A stretch of DNA of 64,000 bases from Caecitellus pseudoparvulus (taxonomy: Eukaryota > Protista > Bigyra: Bicosoecida): assembly GCA_965644315.1 (NCBI GenBank), contig CBFFRQ010000096.1:124001-188000 (forward strand), in the 5' to 3' direction. A program made the position numbers and the translations under genes. The notes beneath the pieces are model-generated. The model was not told the DNA's origin and ran no database searches. It saw only the letters and a list, made by a program, of their open reading frames with translations. Of the stretch, positions 1 to 10,255 are shown one piece after another. How positions within the stretch are numbered: the stretch's first letter is position 1; every line of letters starts with the position of its first letter.

Positions 1-98
1 GCGGATGGTGAAGAGCCCGGCGCCGCCGCCCCGGCTGCCAAGCGGGCCAGAAGAGGCTGAGAGTGCTAGACACGCAGCAATGCAAAGGAGCGCCCAGC

Positions 99-1837
99 TC
101 ACGTGCTGTCTTTGCGGTGCCCACCCTTCTCCAGCAACGGGGCAGAGTCCTCGCTGGGGAGGGAGGCGCGCACCTGCTTCGCGTATGCTGAGCCGATGGG
201 GCTCGAGCCATGCAGTGCTCGTGCACGCTCTGCGAAGCGGAACTCCTGGCGCGACACAGACGCCTCCGCCATGGCGGACGCTGCTGCTTCCGCTGTGTTC
301 ATGCTTCCGTCAGGCATGAGCACCCGACCTTGTTGGGACACCAAGCTGGCCCCCCTGCGTGGCTCCGCCTTTGCGTGGTGAAAAATGGGGCTTTGGTCCA
401 CAGCAGACTTGTGCGACTGCTGGGCATCCCGCATCGTGAGGCGTGCAGGGGGGGGCTGGGAAGGCAAGGCAGCCGAAAGGGCCCCTCGCGCTGCAGCGGC
501 ATGTGCTGCCGCCGGCGACACGCCAACAGCCGCGATGCCCGGCTTGGGTCCGGGGATGCCACCAGGCTGCCCGCGGCCGCGGTGGTCCAGGCCTGTGCCT
601 GGGATGCGGGGGGTCTGGCCAAGGCTCACCCCGTCCTGGATGTACAGGCGGTGCTCAGCCAGCCACTTAGGGTTTGCAATGTCCAGGGCGGAAATCGCGC
701 CTGGGCCTGCGAGCCCCGAGCCCTCCAAGTACGCCACGGCCTCTGATGGTGATAGGCTGCCGATGCTTGCCCGGGTGGCTGCCGCTCGATCGTAGCCGCC
801 CAGCAAGCCCCTTGCCAGGTGCAACTTGGAGAAGTCCCCTTGAGAAATGAATCGGAGGGGCCCCTCCCGCCCCAGCACCGATGTTGTCAGCCCCTGCACG
901 CCGGCCCTGAGGTCTGGATCGTCGGCCCATCCTCGCAGCAGTCGGGCTCGGACAGAGAGCAAGTGCTCCAGGCGGCTGGTGAGGGCTGTAGTGGCGTCGT
1001 CAATGGGTCCTCGGTGTGCACAGAACAACGTCGAGAGCTCCATGGTGGGGTCTTGCAAGATGCTCTCTAGTGTCCGAATGCCTGCCAGCACGTCCTCATC
1101 GAAGCGCGCCATTGAGGGGCGGGCTGTGACGAACAGGTCCGCCGCGAAAAGCCAGCCTGTCTCCGGCACATACACAACATGGTGATCAGGACAATGACCG
1201 GGTGCATGAACGAGCTTCAGCGTGTATGTCCCAGCGGAAGCGCCTGCGACTGGATCTGCGGTGTCCACAGTTGCGGTCAGAGCCGCAGGAGCAGGCGACG
1301 CCGAGTACGGGGCCGGCTTCCCCCAAACGACCCGACGGTACCACTCAAGGTGAAAGCCCTCTGCGAAGTCGAAGGTGTGGTGGCGAGTTGCAGGTCCTGG
1401 GCCCATGGCTGCAACCCCGCAGCGAACGCACCCCGCAGCAAAGCTGTGGACAGCTCTGGAGCCATGACCTGCATGCCGAACTCCTCTTGCAGAAGCTTGC
1501 CATTTCCAGCATGATCTGCATACGAACCATGCGGGAACAATGCATGGGTGCAGTTTGGTCAACCCTTTGGGCGTTGAACTCTACCTTCATGGTGGTGGGT
1601 GGCCAGTGCTGTGGAGACTTTCACGCCTTGGGAAGCCAATTTCCGCAAGTATTGCCTCACCCACCGCGCGTGGTTTGGAGCGCCAGTGTCCACCAGCGTG
1701 TCTCCCACACGATACATCCACACAGCTGTGTTCGGTGCCATTCCACTGATGCCCATGTGAACGCCCTCGACGCCCTCTACCATTGACTTGGTGAAAACAG
1801 GGGCCAGCCGGCTGGCTGCCCGAAGCATGCTGGCCAT
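99..1837 (-). CDS. Metallo-beta-lactamase fold hydrolase (LACTB2/glyoxalase II-like), 3 exons
   Basis: Splicing introns 1516-1584 and 1361-1431 restores THHHEDH (HxHxDH). Also LVDTG, HAPGHCPDH, FAADLF and CAHRG motifs. N-terminus is Arg-containing and non-acidic; C-terminus has a long low-complexity tail. Confidence 0.85.
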
Positions 1838-2299
1838 CCCTGGCCAGGGACAGCACCAGCCCTCAGCCTCAGGCGAGCGAAAACACAAGAACGTCCTTGA
1901 AGACTGGTTGCTGCATTGCCATGGATCGTGGTGAGGCAGCAGGGCAGAAGTATTGTGTTAATGGTCGGCCGGACATTCAACGCGTCTGGCTGCGGCGCTG
2001 CAAGCCTCCCTCCCACACACGCCATCTAATGAGCAAACAAAACCACCGCATTTTTCTCCTTCGGACTTCCAGCTGTCGTGGTGCTTTCAATGCTCTGGTC
2101 AGGGCAGAAACGCTGGGCACCACAGAGCTGGACACCACCCCTGCAGGGGCTTCAAGCCACCTCTAGATGCAAGCAATCAGGAGGATGCAAGTCGAGTACA
2201 CTGGGGCGCGACTGGGGCTTGACTTTAGCTGACTCATGCGGCTCAGCATGCTTCACTGGAGGCATTGCCTGCCGCCTGAAGTGCGCCAGGGACAACTGT

Positions 2300-2655
2300 T
2301 CACTCTTTGCCTCCCTCCATGGTGGTGGAAAGTCCTTCGCTGCCCTGCATGCGTTGCTCAAAGTGAGGCCTCCATGCTGTGGCAGTCTCCCTCAAAGTCC
2401 CGCCCTGCGATGCACGGGAGCGCGTGAGCTTGGAGTCGTAACGCCAGCGAAACGGCGCCGCAGCACGCACGATTGCGTTCAAGCGCGAGAGGTTGGAGTT
2501 CAAACTTCGAATGTTCATGGCAAGGTCTTTCAATACTGCGGCCATGTCTTCCCATGCTTCTTGTTTCTGCTCGTCAAACTCCTGTACGTTTAGGTAGAGT
2601 CTTTGTGGTTGCTGGCGTGGGGTCTGAAAGCCGGCCTGCTTACCTGGGGATCCAT
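2300..2655 (-). CDS. DAD1: 75-aa DASH/Dam1 complex subunit Dad1-like protein, 3 exons
   Basis: Exons 2655-2644, 2581-2471, 2404-2300 (GT-AG introns of 62 and 66 nt) give MDPQEFDEQKQEAWEDMAAVLKDLAMNIRSLNSNLSRLNAIGGTLRETATAW. This resembles the Dad1 pattern F.+Q+......L..+..NI..LN..L.....+G......W. Confidence 0.65.
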
Positions 2656-3053
2656 GACTGCTACAAAGTGACGTGTTGACCATGCCAAACCTGGATGCTG
2701 GTGGATAAAAAGGTCTGCATGCTTTGGCTTTTGCAGGGCTCACGCTCTGAAAGGTTGGGGGTGCTTCCCAAACTGCAAGCCGCCACTTGGGGATGCTGAA
2801 AACGTGCATCGTTGCCCTCCAGCTTCCTCCACGAAGCAACCGATGTGGCATTGACAAGAAGCGTTTCACAAGTGCGTTCATTTACCAAATGCGCCAAGCC
2901 CAGTGGCCAACAGAGGCGGTGCCTTTGCACTACCCTAAATCCCATCGCTCAAAACACTGGCCTCCTGCTGCCCCGCCCCCTCCAGGGCCACCGCTGCATG
3001 ACAACAAACTGCATGGCTGGCTAGCAGGCGGAGCGCCACAGCAGGCATGGTGC

Positions 3054-4745
3054 TTAGTTTGCGAGAATACATGCACCCAAAGCCATTGATAGCGGCAGCA
3101 GGTACCACGGCCACATGATGTCGTGCCAGGTCATCTCAGGGTGCAGCGGCTGCCCGTCGGCTGTGGCAGCAAGGAAAGTGCCCATCCAGTACAGCCAAAC
3201 GGTCAAGCCCATCAGGAAAAGGACGCATGTGTCCTTGAAGGTAGGGGAACTGCCCAAGCCATCTGCGATTAAGAGAGTTGCAGCAGTTGTGCCACCTGCT
3301 GCAAAAATCCACTGCGGCAGCAGCACGTATCCATACGAAAGGCCAGAGTGGATGCCACCGCCAGCAGAGTCCCATCGTGAAGCCAGCATGATGGCAGGGA
3401 TGGAAAAGGTTGTCCACACTGCAAAAATCAGCGCCATCGCCTCAGTATCATCGTCGTTTTTTAACCCTGCCAGAATGACAAGTGAAAAAATCCACAAAGG
3501 CGTGAACACTGTTGCCCACGAAGAATCCACCGACCCTTCTACCTTGCCGTAGATCAAGAAAAGTTGCAAGATCGGCATGGCAACAACTGCCGCTAATGCG
3601 ACATGTTCAGCTCCCAAATCATCGTTGACGAGCTTTTTGAGCATGGTCACAAACACTCCTGCAGCTGCCAGACTCAGAAGGATCAGAAGTGCAGCCCAAG
3701 CTTGCGGGACAGACATGCACACATCCTGCGGCGATGTGTCGTACTGCCCTGGACCGGTCCACAGAGGAGGGTTCGCCTCCAAGCACGTGTATCGCTCGGC
3801 CACCGTGATGGCAAAACACGAGCAAAGTATACCAACAGCCAGTATACTGCCCCGAACAGCTGCTTGCTCCAGGCTCATTGAGCATGAGCAGTCACATGAC
3901 GAACACAGGTCGGCGAGGCGCGTGCTCAAAGGAACTGCTGGCTCGCGGTTCGCATCTGGTGGGGACACCTCCTCAAGCGCCACTGTCATGGCACTGGATG
4001 CACTTGATGACCGGCGTCGGGCCGGCTGGCGCATGCTCTGCTGGCGCTGAAACTGCAACGCGGTAGAGAGGTTGCCTGCTTGTTGGTTGGACGTGTACTG
4101 AGAGACATACGCCGCCCGCCACGCAGAGCCACTGTTCACGTGCTGGGGGCCGCCAACGACGACATGCATGTCAGCAGGCGTGAAGTAGCTGCCTCCTGGC
4201 GGACCACCGTATCCCCATCCGCCATACGAGCCTGGGTATGCCGGCGCCTGCGGCATGGGACCTGATGCAGGGTAGGCTGGCGCCTGTGGCTTGGAGCTTG
4301 AGCCTGGGTACGCGGGGGCGACGGGAGATGGCCCTGGTGGGGGGCCACCAGGTCGGGGGTACGCAGAGGGGTATGCTGGTGCAGTGGGAGGGGGTGCTTT
4401 CTGCGCTGTGCCAAGCAGGCGCCTGGAAGAGTGTGCGAGCAGGTGGTACGCCTTGGACAGCGACGGCTTGGGGCGCCCGAAATCTCGAGCAAAGACATGC
4501 TTCCAAACTTCGGGATTGTCAACAGCGGCATTCAAGCCCTTGTTCACCTGCCGGCAGCGCGCGAGTTCGACGCTGGACAGCATGCCATCGTTTCGGGTGA
4601 CAAACACATCCAGGGCGTACGCCTTCAGGGCGCCATCCACAGTCGCCCCACCCTGGTACACGGTTGAAGGGGTGCTCGCTTGCCCACCGCTGTACACGGG
4701 CACATTTGGATCTTGTCCGCTGGACCCTGCTGTGGAGGGATCCAT
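3054..4745 (-). CDS. F-box-like domain + Pro/Tyr-rich linker + TMEM185-like multi-pass membrane domain
   Basis: VELARCRQVNKGLNAAVDNPEVWKHVFARDF is F-box-like. PAYP repeats follow. The C-terminal half has about 7 hydrophobic segments with SWATVFTPLWI, SYGYVLLPQWI and TWHDIMWPWY, typical of TMEM185-type repeats. Confidence 0.7.
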   Translation of the reverse strand: MDPSTAGSSGQDPNVPVYSGGQASTPSTVYQGGATVDGALKAYALDVFVTRNDGMLSSVELARCRQVNKGLNAAVDNPEVWKHVFARDFGRPKPSLSKAYHLLAHSSRRLLGTAQKAPPPTAPAYPSAYPRPGGPPPGPSPVAPAYPGSSSKPQAPAYPASGPMPQAPAYPGSYGGWGYGGPPGGSYFTPADMHVVVGGPQHVNSGSAWRAAYVSQYTSNQQAGNLSTALQFQRQQSMRQPARRRSSSASSAMTVALEEVSPPDANREPAVPLSTRLADLCSSCDCSCSMSLEQAAVRGSILAVGILCSCFAITVAERYTCLEANPPLWTGPGQYDTSPQDVCMSVPQAWAALLILLSLAAAGVFVTMLKKLVNDDLGAEHVALAAVVAMPILQLFLIYGKVEGSVDSSWATVFTPLWIFSLVILAGLKNDDDTEAMALIFAVWTTFSIPAIMLASRWDSAGGGIHSGLSYGYVLLPQWIFAAGGTTAATLLIADGLGSSPTFKDTCVLFLMGLTVWLYWMGTFLAATADGQPLHPEMTWHDIMWPWYLLPLSMALGACILAN

Positions 4746-5642
4746 TGCTCAGCCTGGCTGAAGTGGATTCAAGTGCGCGGAAATTGGCCGACGAGCGAGG
4801 GCGCTATCAAAAGCACACAGAGATGGAGAAGGCAGTCAAATACCAAAAGTTGCAAAGGATATGTCTCCCCTTAGTACTCTTGTGGTGTTCTTGTTCTCAA
4901 GCGCTCAGCTGCTGAGGAGAGAACCGACCTATAATCGAGCTTCTCCACCCTCACCCACAACCTGCCGACCGTGCAGCCCAGGTTCGCGGTGCTGGTCTGA
5001 GCTGCGTGCAAGTACCACTTGCAGACTTGGGTAGAATGATGGGGTTTTGTTTTGTTCAACCCTACAAAATGAACATGAGAATGCGTAAAGAGGGAGACCT
5101 CGCGTCAAGAAACCGTCATTCTCCTGGATCGGCAATGAATGGCTGCGGAGAGAAGCTTCTTCCAGATGCCCTGGGCTTCTTCAGCTAGCAGTTGGAGTGC
5201 GTTGCTTCTGGATTTGGATAAGAACTGGGTACGGGACGAGCAGCCTGGTCGAAGTGCTGTGAGAAGGGAGAGGCCATCTTGCACGTGCATACAACGTGCA
5301 TCGAACAATGACAGGTGGACCACAAAAACGACAAAACTTGAATAACGGGTGTGTGCCGGACGAGGGGGGACTTGGACGTTGGGAGCCGAACCGGCGGAGA
5401 GCCACCCTGTGCAGGGCTGCGCCAGCCAGCACCACAATCTCGGGCGTAGCGTGTTTGAGCTCAAAGTTTGGCGAACGACACCCACTCCTGCCTGCCTAAC
5501 CGGTTGTTCTCCTCGTCAGCCTTGTACAAGACCCAAATGTGTGTTCATTAGGTGCCCTGAATGCTTTCTCTGCTTGCGATGGCGCTGTTGTGATCGCAAC
5601 GGTGCCGCCAGCCGACTCAAATCCCGCACTTGCTTTGCCCAG

Positions 5643-8600
5643 ATGCCCTCCACCAGGCGTGGATCGCGCAGACTAAGGAGGGCCTCAGACGTAAGCAGCG
5701 ATGAAGATCTTGTGCTTCAACGAGTCTTGAGGCTCTCAGCACAACAAGCCAAAGAGCAGAGGGGTGGTGCGGGAGAGCCTGCTTCAGGCGAAGGCGCCAC
5801 TATCAGCCAACACTCGGATAGCAGCGAGGAGGGCGACCAGAGCGCGGGCGATGTGGGAAGCTGTGGCAGTGGCAGTGGCAGTGGCAGTGGCAGTGGCAGT
5901 GGCAGTGGCAGTGGCAGTGGCAGCGATGGTGGGAGGTGTAGGAAAGGGTCAGCCGTCCGGCATGCTTCAAAGCGCCGACGGCTGCGGGGGAGAGGGAGTG
6001 ACGGAGATTCCTCTGATAACTCAGCAGATGAAGCCAGTGGCAGCGATGATGGTTCGGCAGGTGCCTCTCATGCCAGCTCTCGCCCGAGACGCGCGCGTCC
6101 GGCGCACTACTACGACGGGGACGTGCGGGTTGGTGAGGACCTGGGCGGCGGGACAGTGTTGGACGGAGGGCGGCGTCGCTCGACTCGAGCCCGGCGCCAG
6201 ACTGCCTTCCTGCAGGCAACTGCGCTGGCCTCTGATCCCGGCACTTTGCGGCGCTCCTCGAGGCACAGGCAGCATGGGGCACAGCCAATGGGTCTCTTTT
6301 CTTCCAGCTGGGGGTCCAGGTCTACGAACACACGCGGCGGAGGCGGGAAAGGCAGTCGCAGGGGCGTGCGCCGGAGGAAATGGCGCAATGCCCCTGAAGC
6401 GACAGATGAAAGCTCCACCTCAGACTCACTGGCAGAAGGGTCCCCAATGGCGCCCCGCGACTCGCAGCGGGGACATGATCGCAGGGGGCGTCGCAACGCC
6501 ATTTATGGCTCGTCAGGCTCAGAGGGAAGCGCTGACTCTGACTCCGATGTGCCGAGTCGCCCTGCTCCAGGCCATGCTGATGGAGGCATGCTGAGCCCGG
6601 GAAAAGGGAGGCGTGCCTCTGCTGCCCAAGCCGCCGCTGATGCTGCTGACGAGCGCTTAAAGCCACTGGACATGGGCACTGACGCGAGCAAAGCAGATGC
6701 CAGCCCGCTGACGGGTGGCGAGCCTGTCCAGTGGAGCAGCGTGGGGGGGCTTGCGAACCACGTGAGGGCAGTGAAAGAGCTGGTTGCTTTGCCGCTGCTG
6801 TACCCGGAAGTGTTTGGCAGGTTCGGGTTGAAGCCGCCAAAAGGGGTGCTCTTTCATGGCCCCCCAGGCACCGGCAAGACGCTGGTCGCCCGTGCTCTTG
6901 CGTGCAACTCGTCTTCTGGAGGACGCAAGGTGTCATTTTTCATGCGCAAAGGTGCAGACTGCCTTTCGAAGTGGGTGGGTGAGGCAGAGCGGCAGCTGCG
7001 TCTGCTGTTTCAGACGGCAGCAGCGCACGCGCCCAGTGTCATTTTCTTTGATGAGCTGGACGGACTGGCCCCCGTGCGCTCCAGCCGACAGGACCAGATC
7101 CACGCCAGCATCGTTGCCACGCTCTTGGCGCTCATGGACGGCCTGGACGACAGGGGGCAAGTCATCGTCATCGGCGCCACCAACAGGCCTGACTCCATCG
7201 ACCCTGCCCTCCGGCGGCCTGGCCGCTTCGACCGCGAACTTGCATTCTCCCTGCCGTCCGCCTCGAGCCGGGAGGAAATTCTCGGCATCCACACCAAGGC
7301 GTGGCAGCCCAGTCTTTCGCAAGCCTTCAGACGGCAATTGGCAGCGTTGACAGGGGGTTACTCAGGTGCTGACCTGCGTGCCCTGTGCGCAGAGGCGGCG
7401 GTGCTGGCTGTGCGCAGGCGCTACCCACAAGTATACACAACAGACGCCAAGTTGGACATTAACGTGAATGCGATCAGTGTCACGGCAGGGGATTTTGTTG
7501 GCGCCCTACGCAGCGTTGTCCCGACGAGCGCTCGTGTCGCTGCTGCCCCAGGCAGGCCACTCCCTGACCACCTGCAGCCGCTTCTGGGAGAAGTTGTGGA
7601 TGCAGCTCTAGCACGGGTGCGGCAGATCTTCCCTGTGCCTGCAGTGCAGAAGGCGCTGGATCGAAAAAAGTTGAGTCGCGACGCTGCCCCTCTTGTGGCG
7701 GGAGTTGGGGTGGCTGACTCTGACGCCGACTCCGTCGCGTCAGAGCTGTACGACAGCGACGACACAGCCATCATGGGCACCATGTACGCGTTGGGCTCGG
7801 CCCACGCTGAGGAAGTTGCACGATCCCTGTCTGAATCGCCGAGCGCTGTCGCCCCCGCCCGGGTGTTGGACCTGCGCGGGGTGCTCAAGCGCTCGGTCAA
7901 GTCACTCCCTGCACCCCCGCGCCTGGTACTGAAGCCTGAGGCTCCAGGCAGCGGCGTCTCTCGGGCAGTAGCCGCCTCGGCTGACTCCCCGCCGCGCCTG
8001 GTTGCAGCGGCGGTGCTACATGCACTGGAGGACGTCCAAGTGTTCCCGCTCTCCCTCCAAGCTCTGCTGTCGGACAAAAGCAGCGCAGGGGAGCCGTTGC
8101 CCGCGCTGCTCTCAGGCCGTGTGGCCTCTGCCATTGCGCAAGCCCCCTCAATTTTGTTCCTGCCGTCCCTGGACAGCACGTGGGATGCGCTGGATGCGCT
8201 GTCCAGGGCTGCGCTGGTGGATGCGCTGGGCAGTGTGCCCCTGGGGGCAAGTGTGCTGGTGCTTGCCACCCTGGACACTGCAGACGGCGCAGCCATTGAC
8301 CCGCAGCTGTGGAGCGCCTTCGCTCCCCCAACGGCCTTCGTGCGGCGAGTGCGGCAGCCGGCTGTGCCTGGACACCCTGGTGTTGGAGATGCGTCTTTCC
8401 TGAGCCCGCTGCAGCCCGGCACAGGCGGCACGCGAGTGGCGGGCAGCCATGCCAAGCTCTTCCGGGAGTTGCCCACGCCGCCTGACTTTGGGCTAGACCG
8501 CACACTGTCCCCCATTCCAGGTGGTGCGCCCAGCAAGGCTGGTGCAGGAGGGGCTTGTGCCCTGCTCACGGAGGTGGTGCAAGCGTTGTCACAAGCACCC

Positions 8601-10238
8601 GCCTCTGATGGTCCCTCGGGCGAGATGCGCGTCCCCATCACGCATGCTGCAAGGCATGCAGTCACTGTAGATGTACCCCTCCCCGACTCCGCACAGCGAC
8701 GAGCGTTTTGGACGGCAGCATTGGCGACAGCTATTCCCACGGTTAGCGACTTTCAGGGACAGCGTGAGACTGGAGCCAGCACAGTCCTAGACTGCCGGGC
8801 AGCGCGTACCGCTGCACGGCGGGCTGCCAAACGTGGGAGAGGCGGCGAGCAGCTGCGAGAGCTGCCACCGCCCCCTCCACCGCCCCCCGCTAAGCTCTCT
8901 GCCGCAGACCGCAAGAAGCTGGAGGCCAGAGAAGATAAGCGCCTGCGCCAGCTGCGGCTGCTGCTGCGTGAAGTGCTCGGCGAGTTCGGGCGTGACTCGA
9001 AGCTGCGCTGTTTGTCCCGCCCAGTGGACCCCGAGCTTGTGCCTGACTACTACGAGATCATCGAGCACCCCATGGACCTCAGCACCATGCGCAGCAAGGT
9101 GGACGAAGGAGCATACTTGTGCTATGCAGACTTTGCCGGCGATCTGGACCTCATCCTGTCCAACGCAAAACAGTACAATTCGCCTCGGGTGGCACGGGGC
9201 CGGGCCATCATCCAAGCAGCCCACAGTCTTCGAGATGTTGCGGACACCATGGCCCACGCATTCGACCGCAGGGTGGGTGGCAAGCTCCTCAAGCGCTGCA
9301 GTGAGATTGCGGAACGCCGGCGACAGGAGGAGTCCACGCGCGAGCCATCGCCTCCCGCCCGCGTGACACGTGCGGTGAGTGGAAGCCGAGCTTCACGCAC
9401 AAGCCGGCAGACATCTGGAGGGCACGGTGGCTTGGGAACTGTTTCGAGCTTGGGCGCGCTGTCAGGGACGCTAGGACCCTTGACTCTTGATGACGGTGCG
9501 CCTGTGGCTGTTGAAGACCCCGAAAAGCTCATGCGAGCCCTGCGAAAAGCACAGCGACAGGCAGAGGCACAGGCACAGGCTGAAGCAGAAGCAGAGGCTG
9601 ATGCTGGGGCTGGAGCAGAGGCTGATGCTGCTCGTCACGGCAATGAGACTGGTCACGCCACAGAGGAAGCAGATGGTGGGGGACAGGTGTCTCCCCGAGG
9701 CCAGAGCACGGACACAGAAGGAGACACTGCACCACCTTCCTCGGTGCAATCTGCAGCGATGACGAAACCTGAGGAGGCGGCCCAAGCGGGCCACCAAGTC
9801 GAAGTCCACTGGGAGAGCGCTTTCCAGGCGCTGCTGGAACAGGGCAGAGCAGATTTGGCGGACGTCCTCACGTCAAGCACTGTTGGGCAGGACGCATGTG
9901 GGCTGGAGGCTCTCCGCGTGCAGCTCCTGCGCGCCGCCGAGCCTGCTGTGCGGGCCATGAAGCAGTCCGCCCCCCCCGTAGGCGGCGTCGCGATGCCAGA
10001 GCACACGGCCAAAGCGCTGCTGTCGCAGGTTGGCGGTGGCAGTGGGGGTGGGCCTGAGTCCGATTCTGATGCTCTGGCAGTGATCTCGCGTGCCACTGCC
10101 TGCGCGCTGGCAGCACTGCATGCCGTCCGTGCGTGCACATCTCCTGTCCCACAGGTGGCAGAGACAAGTGTGCCCAAGCGCGCCAGCCCCGCAAGTAGAA
10201 GCCATATCGCAGCGCTGCAGGGAAGAGCCTTCACTTGA
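5643..10238 (+). CDS. ATAD2: ATAD2/Yta7-like AAA+ ATPase with bromodomain
   Basis: GVLFHGPPGTGKT, FFMRKGADCLSKWVGEAERQLRLLF, FFDELDGLAPVRS and DPALRRPGRFDRE motifs, a degenerate second AAA domain and bromodomain PVDPELVPDYYEIIEHPMDL...NAKQYN. Start taken as the first ATG (MPSTRR). Confidence 0.95.
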   Translation: MPSTRRGSRRLRRASDVSSDEDLVLQRVLRLSAQQAKEQRGGAGEPASGEGATISQHSDSSEEGDQSAGDVGSCGSGSGSGSGSGSGSGSGSGSDGGRCRKGSAVRHASKRRRLRGRGSDGDSSDNSADEASGSDDGSAGASHASSRPRRARPAHYYDGDVRVGEDLGGGTVLDGGRRRSTRARRQTAFLQATALASDPGTLRRSSRHRQHGAQPMGLFSSSWGSRSTNTRGGGGKGSRRGVRRRKWRNAPEATDESSTSDSLAEGSPMAPRDSQRGHDRRGRRNAIYGSSGSEGSADSDSDVPSRPAPGHADGGMLSPGKGRRASAAQAAADAADERLKPLDMGTDASKADASPLTGGEPVQWSSVGGLANHVRAVKELVALPLLYPEVFGRFGLKPPKGVLFHGPPGTGKTLVARALACNSSSGGRKVSFFMRKGADCLSKWVGEAERQLRLLFQTAAAHAPSVIFFDELDGLAPVRSSRQDQIHASIVATLLALMDGLDDRGQVIVIGATNRPDSIDPALRRPGRFDRELAFSLPSASSREEILGIHTKAWQPSLSQAFRRQLAALTGGYSGADLRALCAEAAVLAVRRRYPQVYTTDAKLDINVNAISVTAGDFVGALRSVVPTSARVAAAPGRPLPDHLQPLLGEVVDAALARVRQIFPVPAVQKALDRKKLSRDAAPLVAGVGVADSDADSVASELYDSDDTAIMGTMYALGSAHAEEVARSLSESPSAVAPARVLDLRGVLKRSVKSLPAPPRLVLKPEAPGSGVSRAVAASADSPPRLVAAAVLHALEDVQVFPLSLQALLSDKSSAGEPLPALLSGRVASAIAQAPSILFLPSLDSTWDALDALSRAALVDALGSVPLGASVLVLATLDTADGAAIDPQLWSAFAPPTAFVRRVRQPAVPGHPGVGDASFLSPLQPGTGGTRVAGSHAKLFRELPTPPDFGLDRTLSPIPGGAPSKAGAGGACALLTEVVQALSQAPASDGPSGEMRVPITHAARHAVTVDVPLPDSAQRRAFWTAALATAIPTVSDFQGQRETGASTVLDCRAARTAARRAAKRGRGGEQLRELPPPPPPPPAKLSAADRKKLEAREDKRLRQLRLLLREVLGEFGRDSKLRCLSRPVDPELVPDYYEIIEHPMDLSTMRSKVDEGAYLCYADFAGDLDLILSNAKQYNSPRVARGRAIIQAAHSLRDVADTMAHAFDRRVGGKLLKRCSEIAERRRQEESTREPSPPARVTRAVSGSRASRTSRQTSGGHGGLGTVSSLGALSGTLGPLTLDDGAPVAVEDPEKLMRALRKAQRQAEAQAQAEAEAEADAGAGAEADAARHGNETGHATEEADGGGQVSPRGQSTDTEGDTAPPSSVQSAAMTKPEEAAQAGHQVEVHWESAFQALLEQGRADLADVLTSSTVGQDACGLEALRVQLLRAAEPAVRAMKQSAPPVGGVAMPEHTAKALLSQVGGGSGGGPESDSDALAVISRATACALAALHAVRACTSPVPQVAETSVPKRASPASRSHIAALQGRAFT
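5865..5924 (+). repeat. (GGCAGT)n microsatellite encoding (Gly-Ser)10 in the ATAD2 N-terminus
   Basis: Nine perfect GGCAGT units plus one GGCAGC, read directly. Confidence 0.95.
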
Positions 10239-10247
10239 CGCAGCAGG

Positions 10248-10255
10248 AATGCATT
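10248..10255. terminator. Palindromic AATGCATT at the convergent ATAD2/AP2 junction (candidate 3'-end signal)
   Basis: Lies in the 15-bp gap between the two stop codons and overlaps the minus-strand TAA. It recurs at other convergent junctions. Function is inferred. Confidence 0.35.

Noticed and set aside
1361-1584. Apparent frameshifts or pseudogenes, here and in SMC5, calpain and DeoC
   Set aside because: Every break is resolved by a canonical GT-AG intron that restores conserved motifs.
4746-5642. Largest intergenic gap, less GC-rich, with short ORFs
   Set aside because: I could not build a phase-consistent spliced model or recognise an RNA. Treated as a divergent promoter region, though a small gene cannot be excluded.
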